Assembly: GCF_000196355.1 (NCBI RefSeq)
Contig: NC_007614.1
Location: 780,001-812,000, forward strand
Source of the DNA: Nitrosospira multiformis ATCC 25196
GTDB taxonomy: Bacteria; Pseudomonadota; Gammaproteobacteria; Burkholderiales; Nitrosomonadaceae
Direction: 5' to 3'
DNA: 32,000 bases
The notes under the pieces were generated by a model. It made no database searches and was not told the origin of the DNA. It worked only from the letters and a program-made list of their open reading frames with translations. Made by a program: the position numbers and the translations under genes. Within the stretch, counting starts at the first letter, position 1, and every line of letters starts with the position of its first letter. Positions 21,292 through 32,000 of this stretch are shown here, in pieces.

Positions 21292-21810
21292 ATGAGGCTA
21301 ACAACCAAAGGACGGTTTGCAGTAACGGCGTTGCTTGATCTTGCGCTGCAACGCCAGACGCGTCCTGTGACACTTGCGGAAATCAGTCAGCGCCAGCAGA
21401 TTTCGCTATCTTATCTTGAGCAATTGTTCGCCAAACTGCGTTCCCGAGGACTCGTCGATAGTGTAAGAGGCCCGGGTGGCGGCTATTGCCTTGCGAAAGA
21501 CATGGGGCAAGTGTCGGTTGCCGAGATCATTCTCGCGGTTGACGAACCTATCGATTCAACTCAGTGCAATGGAAAGGAGAATTGCCACAACGACAGGAAA
21601 TGCATGACGCATGACTTGTGGACAAAGCTCAACGAACTGATTTTCGACCACCTCGGCGCAGTTACGCTGAAACAACTGGTCGATGAGCAGAGGGAAAGAG
21701 AGGAAAGGCGGAAGGCAAGAGAGGCAGGGGTGGTGCAGATGCTGGATATGCGGAAGGCTGGGTCTGAAAAGGTCATACCCGATCGGAGCCGCACTGCAGT
21801 TTCTGCCTGA
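21292..21810 (+). CDS. iscR: Rrf2-family Fe-S cluster regulator IscR
   Basis: MRLTTKGRFAVTALLDLAL...ISLSYLEQLFAKLRSRGLVDSVRGPGGGYCLA; cluster ligands CNGKENCHNDRKCMTHDLW (C-x5-C-x5-C-x2-H). Confidence 0.93.
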   Translation: MRLTTKGRFAVTALLDLALQRQTRPVTLAEISQRQQISLSYLEQLFAKLRSRGLVDSVRGPGGGYCLAKDMGQVSVAEIILAVDEPIDSTQCNGKENCHNDRKCMTHDLWTKLNELIFDHLGAVTLKQLVDEQREREERRKAREAGVVQMLDMRKAGSEKVIPDRSRTAVSA

Positions 21811-21872
21811 CTTCAATTCTGAATGCCGAACGCTTACTTTCGTTGTCATAATCGCATGATGGTAGACGGAGA

Positions 21873-22223
21873 ATGGCGATGTCAATAACACTGACTGAAA
21901 ACGCGGCAAAACAGATTCAGAAGCAGCTTGCGAAGCGGGGCAAGGGGTTGGCTCTGCGAGTCGGGGTCAAGAAGGTGGGGTGTTCCGGATTTGCCTATAC
22001 CTACGCTTATGCAGATGAGCTGCGCGAGAGTGATCGAATGTTCGAGTCCTGTAACGCTCATGTAGTGGTTGATGTCGACTTTCTGCCGTTTCTTGATGGT
22101 TCACGAATTGACTTTGTCAGAGAAGGACTGAACGAATCATTCAGGTTTGAGAATCCCAATGTGGATAATACCTGCGGTTGTGGTGAAAGCTTCAGTGTGA
22201 AAGAAGAGCCCGCCAAGGTCTAA
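21873..22223 (+). CDS. A-type Fe-S carrier (IscA/SufA-like)
   Basis: ITLTENAAKQIQKQL...LRVGVKKVGCSGFAY...NPNVDNTCGCGESF, with the conserved C...CGC ligands. Confidence 0.92.
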   Translation: MAMSITLTENAAKQIQKQLAKRGKGLALRVGVKKVGCSGFAYTYAYADELRESDRMFESCNAHVVVDVDFLPFLDGSRIDFVREGLNESFRFENPNVDNTCGCGESFSVKEEPAKV

Positions 22224-22336
22224 CCCCTGAAGTGGTGCCGGAAACCGGGATAACAGGAGCGGCAGTATTCGTAGCAAAGGAGTTGTCCTCTATTATTAAT
22301 TAAAAGAAAAGACATTCCGATATTGGAGCGAATCTA

Positions 22337-23773
22337 ATGAGTGCAGTACTACAGAATCTGGTCAATCAGCCATACAAACACGGTTTCGTTACCGAAATCG
22401 AGTCGGATGTCGCGCCAAAAGGCCTTAACGAAGATATTATCCGGCTCATTTCGACCAAGAAAAACGAACCTGCCTGGCTTCTCGACTTTAGGCTCAAAGC
22501 CTATCAACAATGGCTCAAGATGGAAGAGCCGAAATGGCCCAATGTCAAGTATCCGCGGATCGATTTTCAGGCGATCAGCTACTACGCCGCGCCCAAGCCG
22601 AAAAAGAAGCTCAGCAGCATGGACGAGGTCGATCCCGAGCTGCTTCGCACCTTCGAGAAACTGGGGGTGCCCATGCATGAGCGCGCGGCTTTGGCCGGCG
22701 TGGCGGTGGACGTGATTTTTGACAGCGTATCCGTGGCCACCACTTACAAGCAGAAGCTCGCGGAGGTCGGAATCATTTTCTGCTCCATTTCCGAAGCCGT
22801 GCATGCTTATCCCGAACTGGTGAAGCAGTATCTCGGTACAGTGGTGCCCGTAGGTGACAACTACTATGCGGCACTCAACTCAGCCGTTTTTACGGACGGC
22901 ACCTTCTGCTTCATCCCGAAGGGCGTCAAGTGCCCGATGGATCTGTCGACCTACTTCCGCATCAATACGGAAGAGTCGGGACAATTCGAGCGCACTCTGA
23001 TCGTTGCCGAGGAAGGGTCGTCCGTGTCGTATCTTGAAGGATGCACGGCCCCCCGGTTCGATACCAATCAATTGCATGCCGCCGTGGTCGAACTGATCGC
23101 GCTCGACAACGCCGATATCAAATATTCGACGGTGCAAAACTGGTATGCGGGCGATGAGAAGGGGGTGGGCGGCATATATAACTTCGTAACCAAGCGGGGT
23201 CTGGCGAAAGGCGCCAATTCGCGCATCTCGTGGACGCAGGTCGAAACGGGGTCCGCCATAACCTGGAAATATCCGTCCTGCATACTGCAGGGGGAAAATT
23301 CCGTGGGCGAATTTTATTCGGTAGCGGTAACTAACAACTATCAGCAGGCGGATACCGGCACCAAGATGATCCATATCGGGAAAAACACCCGCAGCACCAT
23401 CGTCAGCAAGGGTATTTCGGCCGGGCATTCCAATAACAGCTACCGCGGACTGGTCAGGATTGCTCCCACTGCCAGCGGCGCGCGCAATTATTCACAATGC
23501 GATTCGATGCTGATTGGAGACCAATGCGGAGCGCATACCTTTCCCTACATCCAGGTGCGTAACCAGAATGCCAAGGTCGAGCATGAGGCATCAACGTCAA
23601 AAATCGGCGAAGATCAATTGTTCTACTTTGCCCAGCGCGGCATCGGCAATGAGGAAGCGGTTTCCATGATTATCAACGGCTTCTGCAAAGATGTATTTCA
23701 GCAACTGCCGATGGAATTTGCGGTCGAAGCGACAAAACTGCTTGGATTCAAACTGGAGGGAAGTGTTGGATGA
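22337..23773 (+). CDS. sufB: Fe-S cluster assembly scaffold SufB
   Basis: [39 protein letters not shown]...[29 protein letters not shown]...SKISEDQLFYF-like [15 protein letters not shown]. Confidence 0.97.
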   Translation: MSAVLQNLVNQPYKHGFVTEIESDVAPKGLNEDIIRLISTKKNEPAWLLDFRLKAYQQWLKMEEPKWPNVKYPRIDFQAISYYAAPKPKKKLSSMDEVDPELLRTFEKLGVPMHERAALAGVAVDVIFDSVSVATTYKQKLAEVGIIFCSISEAVHAYPELVKQYLGTVVPVGDNYYAALNSAVFTDGTFCFIPKGVKCPMDLSTYFRINTEESGQFERTLIVAEEGSSVSYLEGCTAPRFDTNQLHAAVVELIALDNADIKYSTVQNWYAGDEKGVGGIYNFVTKRGLAKGANSRISWTQVETGSAITWKYPSCILQGENSVGEFYSVAVTNNYQQADTGTKMIHIGKNTRSTIVSKGISAGHSNNSYRGLVRIAPTASGARNYSQCDSMLIGDQCGAHTFPYIQVRNQNAKVEHEASTSKIGEDQLFYFAQRGIGNEEAVSMIINGFCKDVFQQLPMEFAVEATKLLGFKLEGSVG

Positions 23774-24558
23774 TTCATCAGGACAGCAAAACGATTCTGG
23801 AAGTAAGCGGACTGCGAGCGGCAGTCGAGGGCGTAGAGATACTCAAGGGCGTTGACCTCGTCGTTAAAAGAGGTGAGGTGCATGCCATCATGGGAACGAA
23901 CGGCTCAGGCAAGAGCACTTTCGCCAAGGTGCTTGCCGGTCACAGCGCCTATCAGGTTACCGGAGGATCGGTGTTGTTTGAAGGCCGGAATCTGTTCGAT
24001 TTAGAACCGGAAGAACGGGCGCGTGCAGGTGTATTTCTTGCCTTTCAGTATCCGATCGAGATACCCGGTGTTTCCAACAGTCATTTCCTGCGCCTTGCCT
24101 ACAATACCCTGCAATCGCAGCGTGGAAAGGACGAACTCGATCCCCTGGAATTCGAGGATTTCGTGCGCGAGAAAATGAAATTGCTGGAGATGAATCCCAA
24201 TTTCCTGGATCGCGGCGTCAACGAAGGTTTTTCGGGTGGCGAGAAGAAGCGCAACGAGATATTGCAGATGGCGCTGCTGGAACCACGACTGGCTATCCTG
24301 GATGAGACGGATTCCGGTCTCGACATCGATGCCCTGCGAATCGTTACCAATGGGGTAAACAAACTTGCAACCAAGGACAATGCAATCATTCTGGTAACCC
24401 ATTATCAGCGCATGCTCAACTATATCGAACCGGATTACGTGCATGTAATGCGCAGCGGACGCATCGTTAAAACAGGCGGCAAAGAGCTGGCGCTCGATCT
24501 CGAAACGCGAGGTTACGACTGGGTAGGGGTTGAGCGACGTGTTTCGGCAAGCGCATGA
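23770..24558 (+). CDS. sufC: Fe-S assembly ATPase SufC
   Basis: [47 protein letters not shown]; 4-bp overlap with sufB. Confidence 0.97.
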   Translation: MIHQDSKTILEVSGLRAAVEGVEILKGVDLVVKRGEVHAIMGTNGSGKSTFAKVLAGHSAYQVTGGSVLFEGRNLFDLEPEERARAGVFLAFQYPIEIPGVSNSHFLRLAYNTLQSQRGKDELDPLEFEDFVREKMKLLEMNPNFLDRGVNEGFSGGEKKRNEILQMALLEPRLAILDETDSGLDIDALRIVTNGVNKLATKDNAIILVTHYQRMLNYIEPDYVHVMRSGRIVKTGGKELALDLETRGYDWVGVERRVSASA

Positions 24559-25877
24559 GCATGAGTCTCGTGAATAGCAACAGTTATCTCGAAAGCCTGC
24601 TTCAGGGACAACCGCGGCTGCCGCCCAGTCCTCTCGCCTGGTTTAACCAGCTGCGGGCAAATGCAGTCGATCATGCGGGAAGGCTGAAACTGCCCACAAC
24701 ACGTGATGAGGAGTGGCGTTTTACTGACCTTTCGCCACTCGTTCGCCACTCGTTCCAGCCTGCTCGTGCTGCACCGGCGTTGCAGACCGCTGATGTCGAG
24801 CATTTTTCCCTCACGGAAGCTGCTATCAGGCTCGTATTTGTCGACGGCAAATACATGCCGCAACTTTCTACACCGGCAGAACGTCTCGGAAACCGCGGCT
24901 TGATCGTCACCAATCTGTCATCAGCGATAACAGCGAATGCAGAGGCAATAGAGCCCCATCTGGGTCAGTATGCGCGATTCGAAGGTAACCTGTTCGCGGC
25001 ACTCAATACCGCATTCCTGCACGACGGGGCGTTGGTCATCGTACCGCGGGGCGCAGTGATCGACACCCCTGTGCACGTGTTGCTCGTGACAACGCAACCG
25101 GAAGTGGCAAGCCATCCGCGCTGTCTTTTCATCGCTGAAGCGGGAAGCGAGGTTACCATTCTCGAGGATTACGTCAGCCTGAATGAGGCAATCTATGTGA
25201 CCAATGCGGTGACCGAGATCGCCGTGGGAGATAATGCCCAGATCAGTCACATCCGGGTACAGCGCGACAGTACCGAAGCATTTCATATCGGGAATTGTGC
25301 TGTTTCGCTTGCGCATGCCAGCCGCTACCGTTCTGTTAGCGTAGCGCTCGGGGCCCGGATTTCACGTTACGATCTGAATACAGCGCTCGCTGCCGAGGGC
25401 GCTGAGTGCGTTATCGACGGACTGGCATTGATCAATGGTCGGCAGCTGGCCGATACACACAGTTCCATAGATCATGCCCGACCAAATTGTACCAGCCGTC
25501 AATTGCATAAATGCATCGCTGACGGCAGCGCCCACGCCGTGTTCAACGGCAAGATCATGGTTCGTCCGGGGGCCCAGAATACGGATTCCGCGCAATCCAG
25601 CCGTAACCTCCTGTTGAATGCGAAGGCGCGTATCGATACCAAGCCGCAGCTCGAAATTTTTGCGGATGACGTGAAGTGTGCACATGGAGCGACGGTGGGT
25701 CAACTCGATAGCGAGGAGTTGTTTTATCTCAAGAGCCGCGGCCTGTCCGAAGTTGCGGCGCGAAATCTGCTGACTTATGCGTTTGGTGCGGAGATCATTG
25801 ATCGTATTCCTATCGCATCGCTCAAATACCGGCTTGAACGGACAGTGCTGGAACAAACCAAAAAAACTGAGCCATGA
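24555..25877 (+). CDS. sufD: Fe-S assembly protein SufD
   Basis: [15 protein letters not shown]; [37 protein letters not shown]. Confidence 0.94.
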   Translation: MSMSLVNSNSYLESLLQGQPRLPPSPLAWFNQLRANAVDHAGRLKLPTTRDEEWRFTDLSPLVRHSFQPARAAPALQTADVEHFSLTEAAIRLVFVDGKYMPQLSTPAERLGNRGLIVTNLSSAITANAEAIEPHLGQYARFEGNLFAALNTAFLHDGALVIVPRGAVIDTPVHVLLVTTQPEVASHPRCLFIAEAGSEVTILEDYVSLNEAIYVTNAVTEIAVGDNAQISHIRVQRDSTEAFHIGNCAVSLAHASRYRSVSVALGARISRYDLNTALAAEGAECVIDGLALINGRQLADTHSSIDHARPNCTSRQLHKCIADGSAHAVFNGKIMVRPGAQNTDSAQSSRNLLLNAKARIDTKPQLEIFADDVKCAHGATVGQLDSEELFYLKSRGLSEVAARNLLTYAFGAEIIDRIPIASLKYRLERTVLEQTKKTEP

Positions 25878-27133
25878 AAATCATAGATTCCACGCTGCAA
25901 CCTCAGATTGATTCGACGCTCGACGTCGCACGTGTGCGTGCCGATTTTCCGATTCTGGAGCTTCAGGTCGAAGGAAAGCCGCTGGTCTACCTCGATAATG
26001 CAGCCTCCAGCCAGATGCCGCAGCCCGTGATCGATCGCCTGGTGCGTTACCAGACAAGGCAGCACGCAAATATCAATCGGGGTGTGCATTATTTATCCGA
26101 AACTGCCACGGCAGAATATGAGGCGGCGCGCTGTAAATTGCAGCGCTTCATCAATGCGCGTGAAGACAGGGAGGTCATCTTTACCAGCGGGACGACAGAT
26201 TCCATCAACCTTGTGATGCACGGGTATGGACGCAAATTCATCGGCGCGGGTGATGAAATCATCCTGACTACCTTGGAGCATCATTCGAATATCGTTCCAT
26301 GGCAGATGCTGGCGGAAGAAAAAGGGGCAAGGATACGTGTCGTGCCGATCAACGACGCCGGTGAACTTCTCATCGATGATTATGAGAAGCTTTTCAACGA
26401 GCGTACGAAGTTCGTGGGTGTGATGCACGTATCGAATGCTTTGGGGACGATCAACCCGGTCAGGGAAATGATCGCCTTCGCGCATGCCCGCGGTGTTCCG
26501 GTGCTGGTGGATGGCGCGCAGGCTGCGCCGCATATGAAAGTGGATGTCCAGGAGCTCGACTGCGATTTCTATGCATTTTCGGGACACAAAATGTGTGGCC
26601 CGACAGGCATTGGTATTCTGTACGGAAAAGCGGAACTCCTGGAGCGCATGCAGCCGTTCAAAGGCGGCGGCGACATGATTCTATCGGTGACATTCGAAAG
26701 AACCACCTACAATTCCATTCCACACAAATTCGAAGCAGGAACTCCGCCCATTGCAGCCGCTATCGGGCTTGGCGCTGCCGTCGATTATTTATCGAATGTC
26801 GGCATCAATGCCATCGCCGCGTACGAGATTGAGCTGCTCAATTACGCAACCGAACAGATACTCCAGATACCCGGAGTGCGCATCATAGGCACAGCAGCGA
26901 AAAAAACCGCGGTGCTGTCTTTCGAGGTGGCGGGTGTGCATCCGCACGATGTCGGTACGCTTTTGAATCAGGAAGGCGTTGCCGTTCGTACCGGCCATCA
27001 CTGCGTGCAACCCGTGATGTTGCGCCTCAAGGTGCCTGCCACTACACGCGCTTCATTTGCGTTTTATAATACAATGGCTGAGGTAGATACTTTCATCGCT
27101 GGCATTCGTACTGTGCAAAAGATATTTATTTAA
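25874..27133 (+). CDS. sufS: Cysteine desulfurase SufS
   Basis: YLDNAASSQMPQPVID, LEHHSNIVPWQ, FSGHKMCGPTGIGILYG, VAVRTGHHCVQPVM. Confidence 0.96.
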   Translation: MKIIDSTLQPQIDSTLDVARVRADFPILELQVEGKPLVYLDNAASSQMPQPVIDRLVRYQTRQHANINRGVHYLSETATAEYEAARCKLQRFINAREDREVIFTSGTTDSINLVMHGYGRKFIGAGDEIILTTLEHHSNIVPWQMLAEEKGARIRVVPINDAGELLIDDYEKLFNERTKFVGVMHVSNALGTINPVREMIAFAHARGVPVLVDGAQAAPHMKVDVQELDCDFYAFSGHKMCGPTGIGILYGKAELLERMQPFKGGGDMILSVTFERTTYNSIPHKFEAGTPPIAAAIGLGAAVDYLSNVGINAIAAYEIELLNYATEQILQIPGVRIIGTAAKKTAVLSFEVAGVHPHDVGTLLNQEGVAVRTGHHCVQPVMLRLKVPATTRASFAFYNTMAEVDTFIAGIRTVQKIFI

Positions 27134-27615
27134 TGACTACCAAATCTCTTTATCAAGAAGTCATTCTCGACCACAACAGGAAACCCCGCAATTACGGCAA
27201 GCTGGACAAGGCAAGCCATCATGCGGTCGGGCACAATCCGCTGTGTGGCGATCATCTCGATATCGATCTGAACGTTGAAGGGAAACATATCGAAGGCATT
27301 GCGTTCCACGGCGAGTCGTGTGCGATCTGCAAGGCGTCTGCATCCATGATGACCACCGTTGTAAAAGGCAAAAGCCTTGGAGACGCAGAGATGCTGATCA
27401 AGGAATTCCGTGACATGGCTACGGGCGCCCTCGATCTTGCCCACCCTCACCATCTGGGAAGGCTTACCGTATTTGCCGGCGTACGTGACTTGCCCACCCG
27501 CGTCAAATGCGCGATTCTTCCATGGCACACGCTTCACGCAGCGCTCAATTCCGTCAGCACCACCTCAACCGAAGCAGAGGATGATCCCATGCATGCCGCA
27601 ATAGGGGATGCCTGA
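27133..27615 (+). CDS. sufU: SufU-type scaffold/sulfur transfer protein
   Basis: YQEVILDHNRKPRNYG, NPLCGD, GESCAICKASASMM, RVKCAILPWHTL. Confidence 0.93.
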   Translation: MTTKSLYQEVILDHNRKPRNYGKLDKASHHAVGHNPLCGDHLDIDLNVEGKHIEGIAFHGESCAICKASASMMTTVVKGKSLGDAEMLIKEFRDMATGALDLAHPHHLGRLTVFAGVRDLPTRVKCAILPWHTLHAALNSVSTTSTEAEDDPMHAAIGDA

Positions 27616-28198
27616 GCTTTTCGTCAAGGTACCAAAAATGCCGAAGATTGTTGAAATAGAGGGAACCCCCAATCGAAATGCATTGAAATTCATCCTCAAG
27701 GAGCCGCTGACCTGGGGGGTAACACGTTCGTATGATAATGCCGAGCAGGCGAAAGGCGACCCGCTTGCCGAAGCGCTGTTTGACATCGATCATGTCACCA
27801 ATGTGTTTTATGTAGATCGGTGGATCACAGTGACCCAGGATGGCGCGGCTGACTGGCAAGACCTGGCACGCGAAGTAGCAGATCCTATTCGCGCCGCGCC
27901 GGCGGCGGATGCCCAGACAGCCGCTACAATTGCAGCTGCGGGTGCGGAAATTGCAAATTTAAGCCCTGAGGACCAGCAGCGGCTTAATTTGATCAACGAA
28001 ATGCTCGACGAGGAGATTCGCCCCTACCTTCAGAGCGATGGAGGCGATCTCCATGTACTTGGCCTTGAAGGCAACAGGCTGAGTGTTCACTACCAGGGTG
28101 CTTGCGGCACCTGTCCGAGCTCGATTACCGGTACTCTGCGCGGCATTCAGAACATGCTGAGGTCGATAGAGCCCGACCTGGAAGTTGTTGCGGTCTGA
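27608..28198 (+). CDS. Nfu-type Fe-S protein (N-terminal Nfu_N-like domain plus NifU C-terminal domain)
   Basis: EGTPNRNALKFIL...DPLAEALFDIDHVTNVFY and IRPYLQSDGGDLHVLGLEGNRLSVHYQGACGTCPSSITGTLRGIQNML (CxxC). Start 27608 or 27638. Confidence 0.9.
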   Translation: MPELFVKVPKMPKIVEIEGTPNRNALKFILKEPLTWGVTRSYDNAEQAKGDPLAEALFDIDHVTNVFYVDRWITVTQDGAADWQDLAREVADPIRAAPAADAQTAATIAAAGAEIANLSPEDQQRLNLINEMLDEEIRPYLQSDGGDLHVLGLEGNRLSVHYQGACGTCPSSITGTLRGIQNMLRSIEPDLEVVAV

Positions 28199-28263
28199 TA
28201 TATCTGCCGCGGCATAATCCGGTGCGCCCCGCGACCCCTACGGACGGATGCCACTGTAATCAA

Positions 28264-28286
28264 CCTTCCGGGAAGGGAGGCTTTTT
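28264..28286 (+). terminator. Probable Rho-independent terminator of the suf operon
   Basis: CCTTCC-GGGAA-GGGAGG (one T-G wobble) followed by CTTTTT, 65 bp after the last suf-linked gene. Confidence 0.5.
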
Positions 28287-28440
28287 CACTTCTCGAGTCT
28301 TTTGGCGGATGTTCATGTTCCTGGCGTCCGGTTAGTGAGCTGTTGTCCGCTTCAATATATTTCAGTATATAGTAGCTGCTTTTTGCACAGCGCTTAGTCC
28401 GCACAACTGAACGCATGTGCTGTTTCCGTTCGAAAAGCGT

Positions 28441-28854
28441 ATGCTCTGGGTAAAATCTTTTCACATCGTCTTCGTGGTGGCCTGGTTCGCCGGGCTTTTT
28501 TATTTGCCACGGCTCTTTGTCTATCATGCCCTGACCACGGATTCTGCCGGCATAGAGCGCTTCAAGGTCATGGAAAGAAAGCTCTACTATGGAATCATGA
28601 CTCCGAGCGCGGTGGTGGCGGTCATCCTGGGGCTGTGGCTCTGGCTGGGCTATGGCATTACTGGAGCCTGGTTGCATGCGAAGCTCGCCCTGGTGGTATT
28701 GCTGATTGCGTATCACGGATACTGCGGCAGACTGGTGGCCGATTTCAAACGCGACCGCAACCGGCATGGCCATGTTTATTACCGCTGGTTCAATGAAGTC
28801 CCGGTACTCATCTTGATCGCTGTCGTGATACTCGTGGTGGTGAAACCGTGGTGA
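28441..28854 (+). CDS. hemJ: HemJ/CopD-like membrane protein (protoporphyrinogen IX oxidase family)
   Basis: MLWVKSFHIVFVVAWFAGLFYLPRLFVYHA...MERKLYYGIMTPSAV...WLHAKLALVVLLIAYHGYCGR...YRWFNEVPVL. ORF opens at 28417; ATG at 28441 preferred. Confidence 0.85.
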   Translation: MLWVKSFHIVFVVAWFAGLFYLPRLFVYHALTTDSAGIERFKVMERKLYYGIMTPSAVVAVILGLWLWLGYGITGAWLHAKLALVVLLIAYHGYCGRLVADFKRDRNRHGHVYYRWFNEVPVLILIAVVILVVVKPW

Positions 28855-28955
28855 GCAAAGCTTAGTGATAAGTTGTCTGGGTTATCCAAAAGAACCGCCT
28901 GCACGCTGTTTAGCGAAGCTTTCAGGCAGATCGCACCTCCTTTCCCATCGCAATA

Positions 28956-30056
28956 ATGGAAACAGTCACTGTTAATCTTGTCTCCACGCCCGCTCAACGC
29001 GGTTATCCGATCCATATCGGTGCAAACATCCTGACTCAGCCCGAGCTCATCCTGGATTACCTGGACCAGAAGCGAGTGGCCATTGTCACAAATACTACAG
29101 TCGGGCCTTTATATCTCGAAAAGTTTCGTGCGGATCTTTCAGTTCATGGGATGGTTTCGGTTCCAATCGTTCTTCCGGACGGTGAGGAATACAAGAACTG
29201 GGAAACCCTCAATCTCATTTTCGATGCTCTCCTGACCCATCGCTGCGAACGCAATACCCCGCTCATCGCCCTTGGCGGAGGAGTTGTGGGAGACCTGACC
29301 GGTTTCGCCGCCGCCACTTATTTACGGGGTGTGCCGTTCATTCAGGTACCCACCACACTTCTGGCGCAAGTCGATTCTTCAGTTGGCGGTAAGACCGGAA
29401 TCAACCATCCGCTGGGTAAAAACATGATTGGAGCGTTTTATCAACCCCAGGCGGTCGTGGCGGATACGTCCACACTCGATACGTTGCCCGATAGAGAACT
29501 GCGTGCCGGTATAGCGGAGGTCATCAAATATGGCCTTATTCGCGATCCGGCATTCTTCGACTGGATTGAATCTCATATTGAACTCCTGTTGCGGCGTGAT
29601 AATTCGATTCTGACCGACGCAATAAAAAGGAGTTGCCAGCATAAGGCAGAAGTTGTGGAAGAAGACGAGCGCGAGAGCGGCATGCGTGCCTTGCTGAACC
29701 TTGGACACACTTTTGGCCATGCAATCGAGAATGCAATGGGGTACGGCAACTGGCTTCACGGGGAAGCAGTGGCTGCAGGAACGATGCTGGCAGCCGAGGT
29801 GTCACGACGTATGGGCATGATAGGCGAGGAGGATGTGGATCGGGTCCGAAATCTCTATGTGAAGACCGGGCTGCCGGTGATTGCCCCGAATCTCGGTCCG
29901 GAAAAATATTTGCATCTGATGGGACTGGACAAGAAAGTACAAGGCGGGAAAATGCGTTTCATACTGCTCGAGAATATCGGTCGGGCGACGGTGCACGCGG
30001 ACGTGCCGGCTGCGATACTGACCGAAGTTCTGACGGAATGCACGGCTGATGCATGA
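28956..30056 (+). CDS. aroB: 3-dehydroquinate synthase
   Basis: [58 protein letters not shown]; [11 protein letters not shown]. Confidence 0.97.
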   Translation: METVTVNLVSTPAQRGYPIHIGANILTQPELILDYLDQKRVAIVTNTTVGPLYLEKFRADLSVHGMVSVPIVLPDGEEYKNWETLNLIFDALLTHRCERNTPLIALGGGVVGDLTGFAAATYLRGVPFIQVPTTLLAQVDSSVGGKTGINHPLGKNMIGAFYQPQAVVADTSTLDTLPDRELRAGIAEVIKYGLIRDPAFFDWIESHIELLLRRDNSILTDAIKRSCQHKAEVVEEDERESGMRALLNLGHTFGHAIENAMGYGNWLHGEAVAAGTMLAAEVSRRMGMIGEEDVDRVRNLYVKTGLPVIAPNLGPEKYLHLMGLDKKVQGGKMRFILLENIGRATVHADVPAAILTEVLTECTADA

Positions 30057-31170
30057 GCTGGCGGCCTACGCGGTATCAACTGCCAACTCCCGGGGGCGCC
30101 GCATTGCGGAAGAAGCCTCTCCCGGTCGCACGCCTTTTCAGCGCGATCGCGATCGCATCATTCATTCCACCGCTTTTCGCAGGCTTGAGTACAAGACCCA
30201 GGTTTTCGTCAATCATGAAGGGGATTTGTTCCGCACACGCCTGACGCACAGTCTCGAAGTGGCCCAGATCGGCCGCTCCGTAGCCCGGAATTTGCGCCTG
30301 AATGAGGACCTGGTTGAGGCTATCGCGCTGGCGCATGATCTCGGCCATACCGCCTTCGGTCATGCCGGGCAGGACGCGCTGAACGAGTGCATGAAGGAAT
30401 ATGGCGGCTTTGAGCATAATCTCCAATCCCTGCGGGTGGTGGATGTGCTGGAAGAGCACTATGGCGCATTCGACGGGTTGAATCTGTGCTTTGAAACCCG
30501 CGAAGGTATTCTCAAGCATTGTTCGAAGAAAAATGCGCTGGAGCTGGGGGACGTTGGTGAGCGCTTCCTCACGAATCGTCGGCCTTCGCTGGAAGCGCAA
30601 GTGGCCAATCTCGCTGACGAGATCGCTTACAACAATCACGACGTGGACGACGGCTTGAGATCCGGTCTCGTCACGCAGCAGCAACTTGAGGGAGTCGGCA
30701 TATTTGCGCGTCATCTGGCAATGGCCAGACAGCAATACCCGAAAATCTCCGGAAGGCGGCTGGTCCATGAAACCGTGCGGCGCATGATCAATACGCTGGC
30801 GGGAGATTTGATCAGACAAAGCGCAGTGAATATCGCGCAGGCCAGCCCGGTCACACTGGACGAAATCCGGGCCGCTCCCCCGCTGATCGGATTCAGCAGG
30901 GAAATTGCCCAGGAGCAGCAGGAGCTCAAAAAGTTTCTGCGGGAGCATCTTTACCGCCACTACAAGGTATCGCGCATGAGTGCAAAGGCACGGTACATCA
31001 TCCGCCAGCTCTTTGACGCGTTCAATTCCGATATCCGTTTGTTGCCTCCGGAATTCCAGTCCAGGTATCAGCAGGACAAACATCAGGCTATCGCCGACTA
31101 TATCGCAGGCATGACGGACCGGTATGCCATTCGTGAATACCGGCGTCTCTTCGTTGTTGAGGAAAGCTGA
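30049..31170 (+). CDS. dGTP triphosphohydrolase-like HD-domain protein
   Basis: [64 protein letters not shown]; overlaps the aroB end by 8 bp. Confidence 0.93.
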   Translation: MHELAAYAVSTANSRGRRIAEEASPGRTPFQRDRDRIIHSTAFRRLEYKTQVFVNHEGDLFRTRLTHSLEVAQIGRSVARNLRLNEDLVEAIALAHDLGHTAFGHAGQDALNECMKEYGGFEHNLQSLRVVDVLEEHYGAFDGLNLCFETREGILKHCSKKNALELGDVGERFLTNRRPSLEAQVANLADEIAYNNHDVDDGLRSGLVTQQQLEGVGIFARHLAMARQQYPKISGRRLVHETVRRMINTLAGDLIRQSAVNIAQASPVTLDEIRAAPPLIGFSREIAQEQQELKKFLREHLYRHYKVSRMSAKARYIIRQLFDAFNSDIRLLPPEFQSRYQQDKHQAIADYIAGMTDRYAIREYRRLFVVEES

Positions 31171-31375
31171 CAGATCATTCCCATTGCTGATCTTTTCGCG
31201 AATGGCGTGTGCCTCGTTGGCCATTCATGGTAAGATGAAAGGTTGAAGGGAGCCTAACGGTTCCGGGGACTTGGCAGTTCCAAGACATACATTTCCACGG
31301 GTAGCTCTACGGGTAGTTTGAGCATCCGGCTTTTACTGATCGGCTTTACTGATTTTTGCGATTGATTGGGTCTGA

Positions 31376-32000
31376 ATGACAAGATTGAAGAACGATACCC
31401 TGCTCAGGGCCCTGCTGAGGCAACCTACTGAATACACGCCGGTTTGGCTCATGCGGCAGGCAGGACGTTATCTCTCCGAATATAATCAGACGAGGGCTCG
31501 TGCGGGCAATTTTCTCGCGCTCTGCAAGAATCCCGACTTCGCCACCGAAGTTACGATGCAGCCTCTAGCCCGATTTCCTTTGGATGCTGCCATACTGTTT
31601 TCGGATATTCTGACGATTCCTGATGCGATGGGATTGGGATTATATTTTGCGGAAGGAGAGGGTCCCAGGTTCGAGCGCCCCTTGCGCGAAGAGTGGGAGA
31701 TCCGGGCCCTTACCGTCCCGGATCCTGCTGTTCATTTGCGCTATGTCATGGACGCGGTTTCACAGATACGCAAGACTCTGGATAATCGGGTTCCGCTGAT
31801 CGGATTCTCCGGCAGTCCGTTTACGCTTGCCTGCTATATGGTGGAAGGAGCCGGCGGGACTGATTTCCGGCAAATAAAAACCATGCTGTACCGCCGTCCT
31901 GATCTGTTGCATCATATTCTCGATATCAATGCGCAGGCTGTCACCGCTTATCTGAACGCTCAAATCGAGTCCGGCGCGCAGGCAGTAATGATTTTTGATA
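31376..32000 (+). CDS. hemE: Uroporphyrinogen decarboxylase, 5' part (runs off the window)
   Basis: Open frame translates [63 protein letters not shown]; absent from the ORF track because no stop occurs in the window. Confidence 0.96.
   Translation, partial: MTRLKNDTLLRALLRQPTEYTPVWLMRQAGRYLSEYNQTRARAGNFLALCKNPDFATEVTMQPLARFPLDAAILFSDILTIPDAMGLGLYFAEGEGPRFERPLREEWEIRALTVPDPAVHLRYVMDAVSQIRKTLDNRVPLIGFSGSPFTLACYMVEGAGGTDFRQIKTMLYRRPDLLHHILDINAQAVTAYLNAQIESGAQAVMIFD

Noticed and set aside
28147-28773. Minus-strand 208-aa ORF over hemJ
   Set aside because: Opposite a well-supported membrane protein gene; no domain signature.
30076-31224. Minus-strand 382-aa ORF opposite the dGTPase-like gene
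   Set aside because: The sense strand has HD-domain motifs; the antisense translation has no coherent family features.

Overview
The window appears to be chromosomal DNA from a betaproteobacterial chemolithoautotroph, possibly Nitrosospira-like (inferred from gene content only; no search was run). From left to right it contains: the 3' part of galU (+); psd and an Atm1-type ABC exporter (-); an isolated, AT-richer membrane/coiled-coil ORF (+); a red-type (form IC) RuBisCO operon cbbL-cbbS-cbbX (-) with divergent cbbR (+); a five-gene efflux operon MFP-RND-OMF-MFP-RND (-) with a divergent TetR-family regulator; an iscR-like regulator, A-type carrier, sufB-C-D-S-U and an Nfu-type gene (+); then hemJ-like, aroB, dgt-like and the 5' part of hemE (+). 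No CRISPR, rRNA, tRNA or intact mobile element was recognised. I did not find a convincing new multi-gene system. The best leads are regulatory or isolated: (a) two tandem near-consensus type 1 IscR sites arranged over a TTGACT-N17-TATAGT promoter upstream of iscR/suf; (b) a near-perfect AcrR-like palindrome in the TetR/efflux intergenic region; (c) the 399-aa orphan ORF at 4053-5252; (d) the two-pump, one-OMF operon; (e) a compound hairpin just downstream of cbbS. Gene calls rest on recognising motifs and family sequence by eye.
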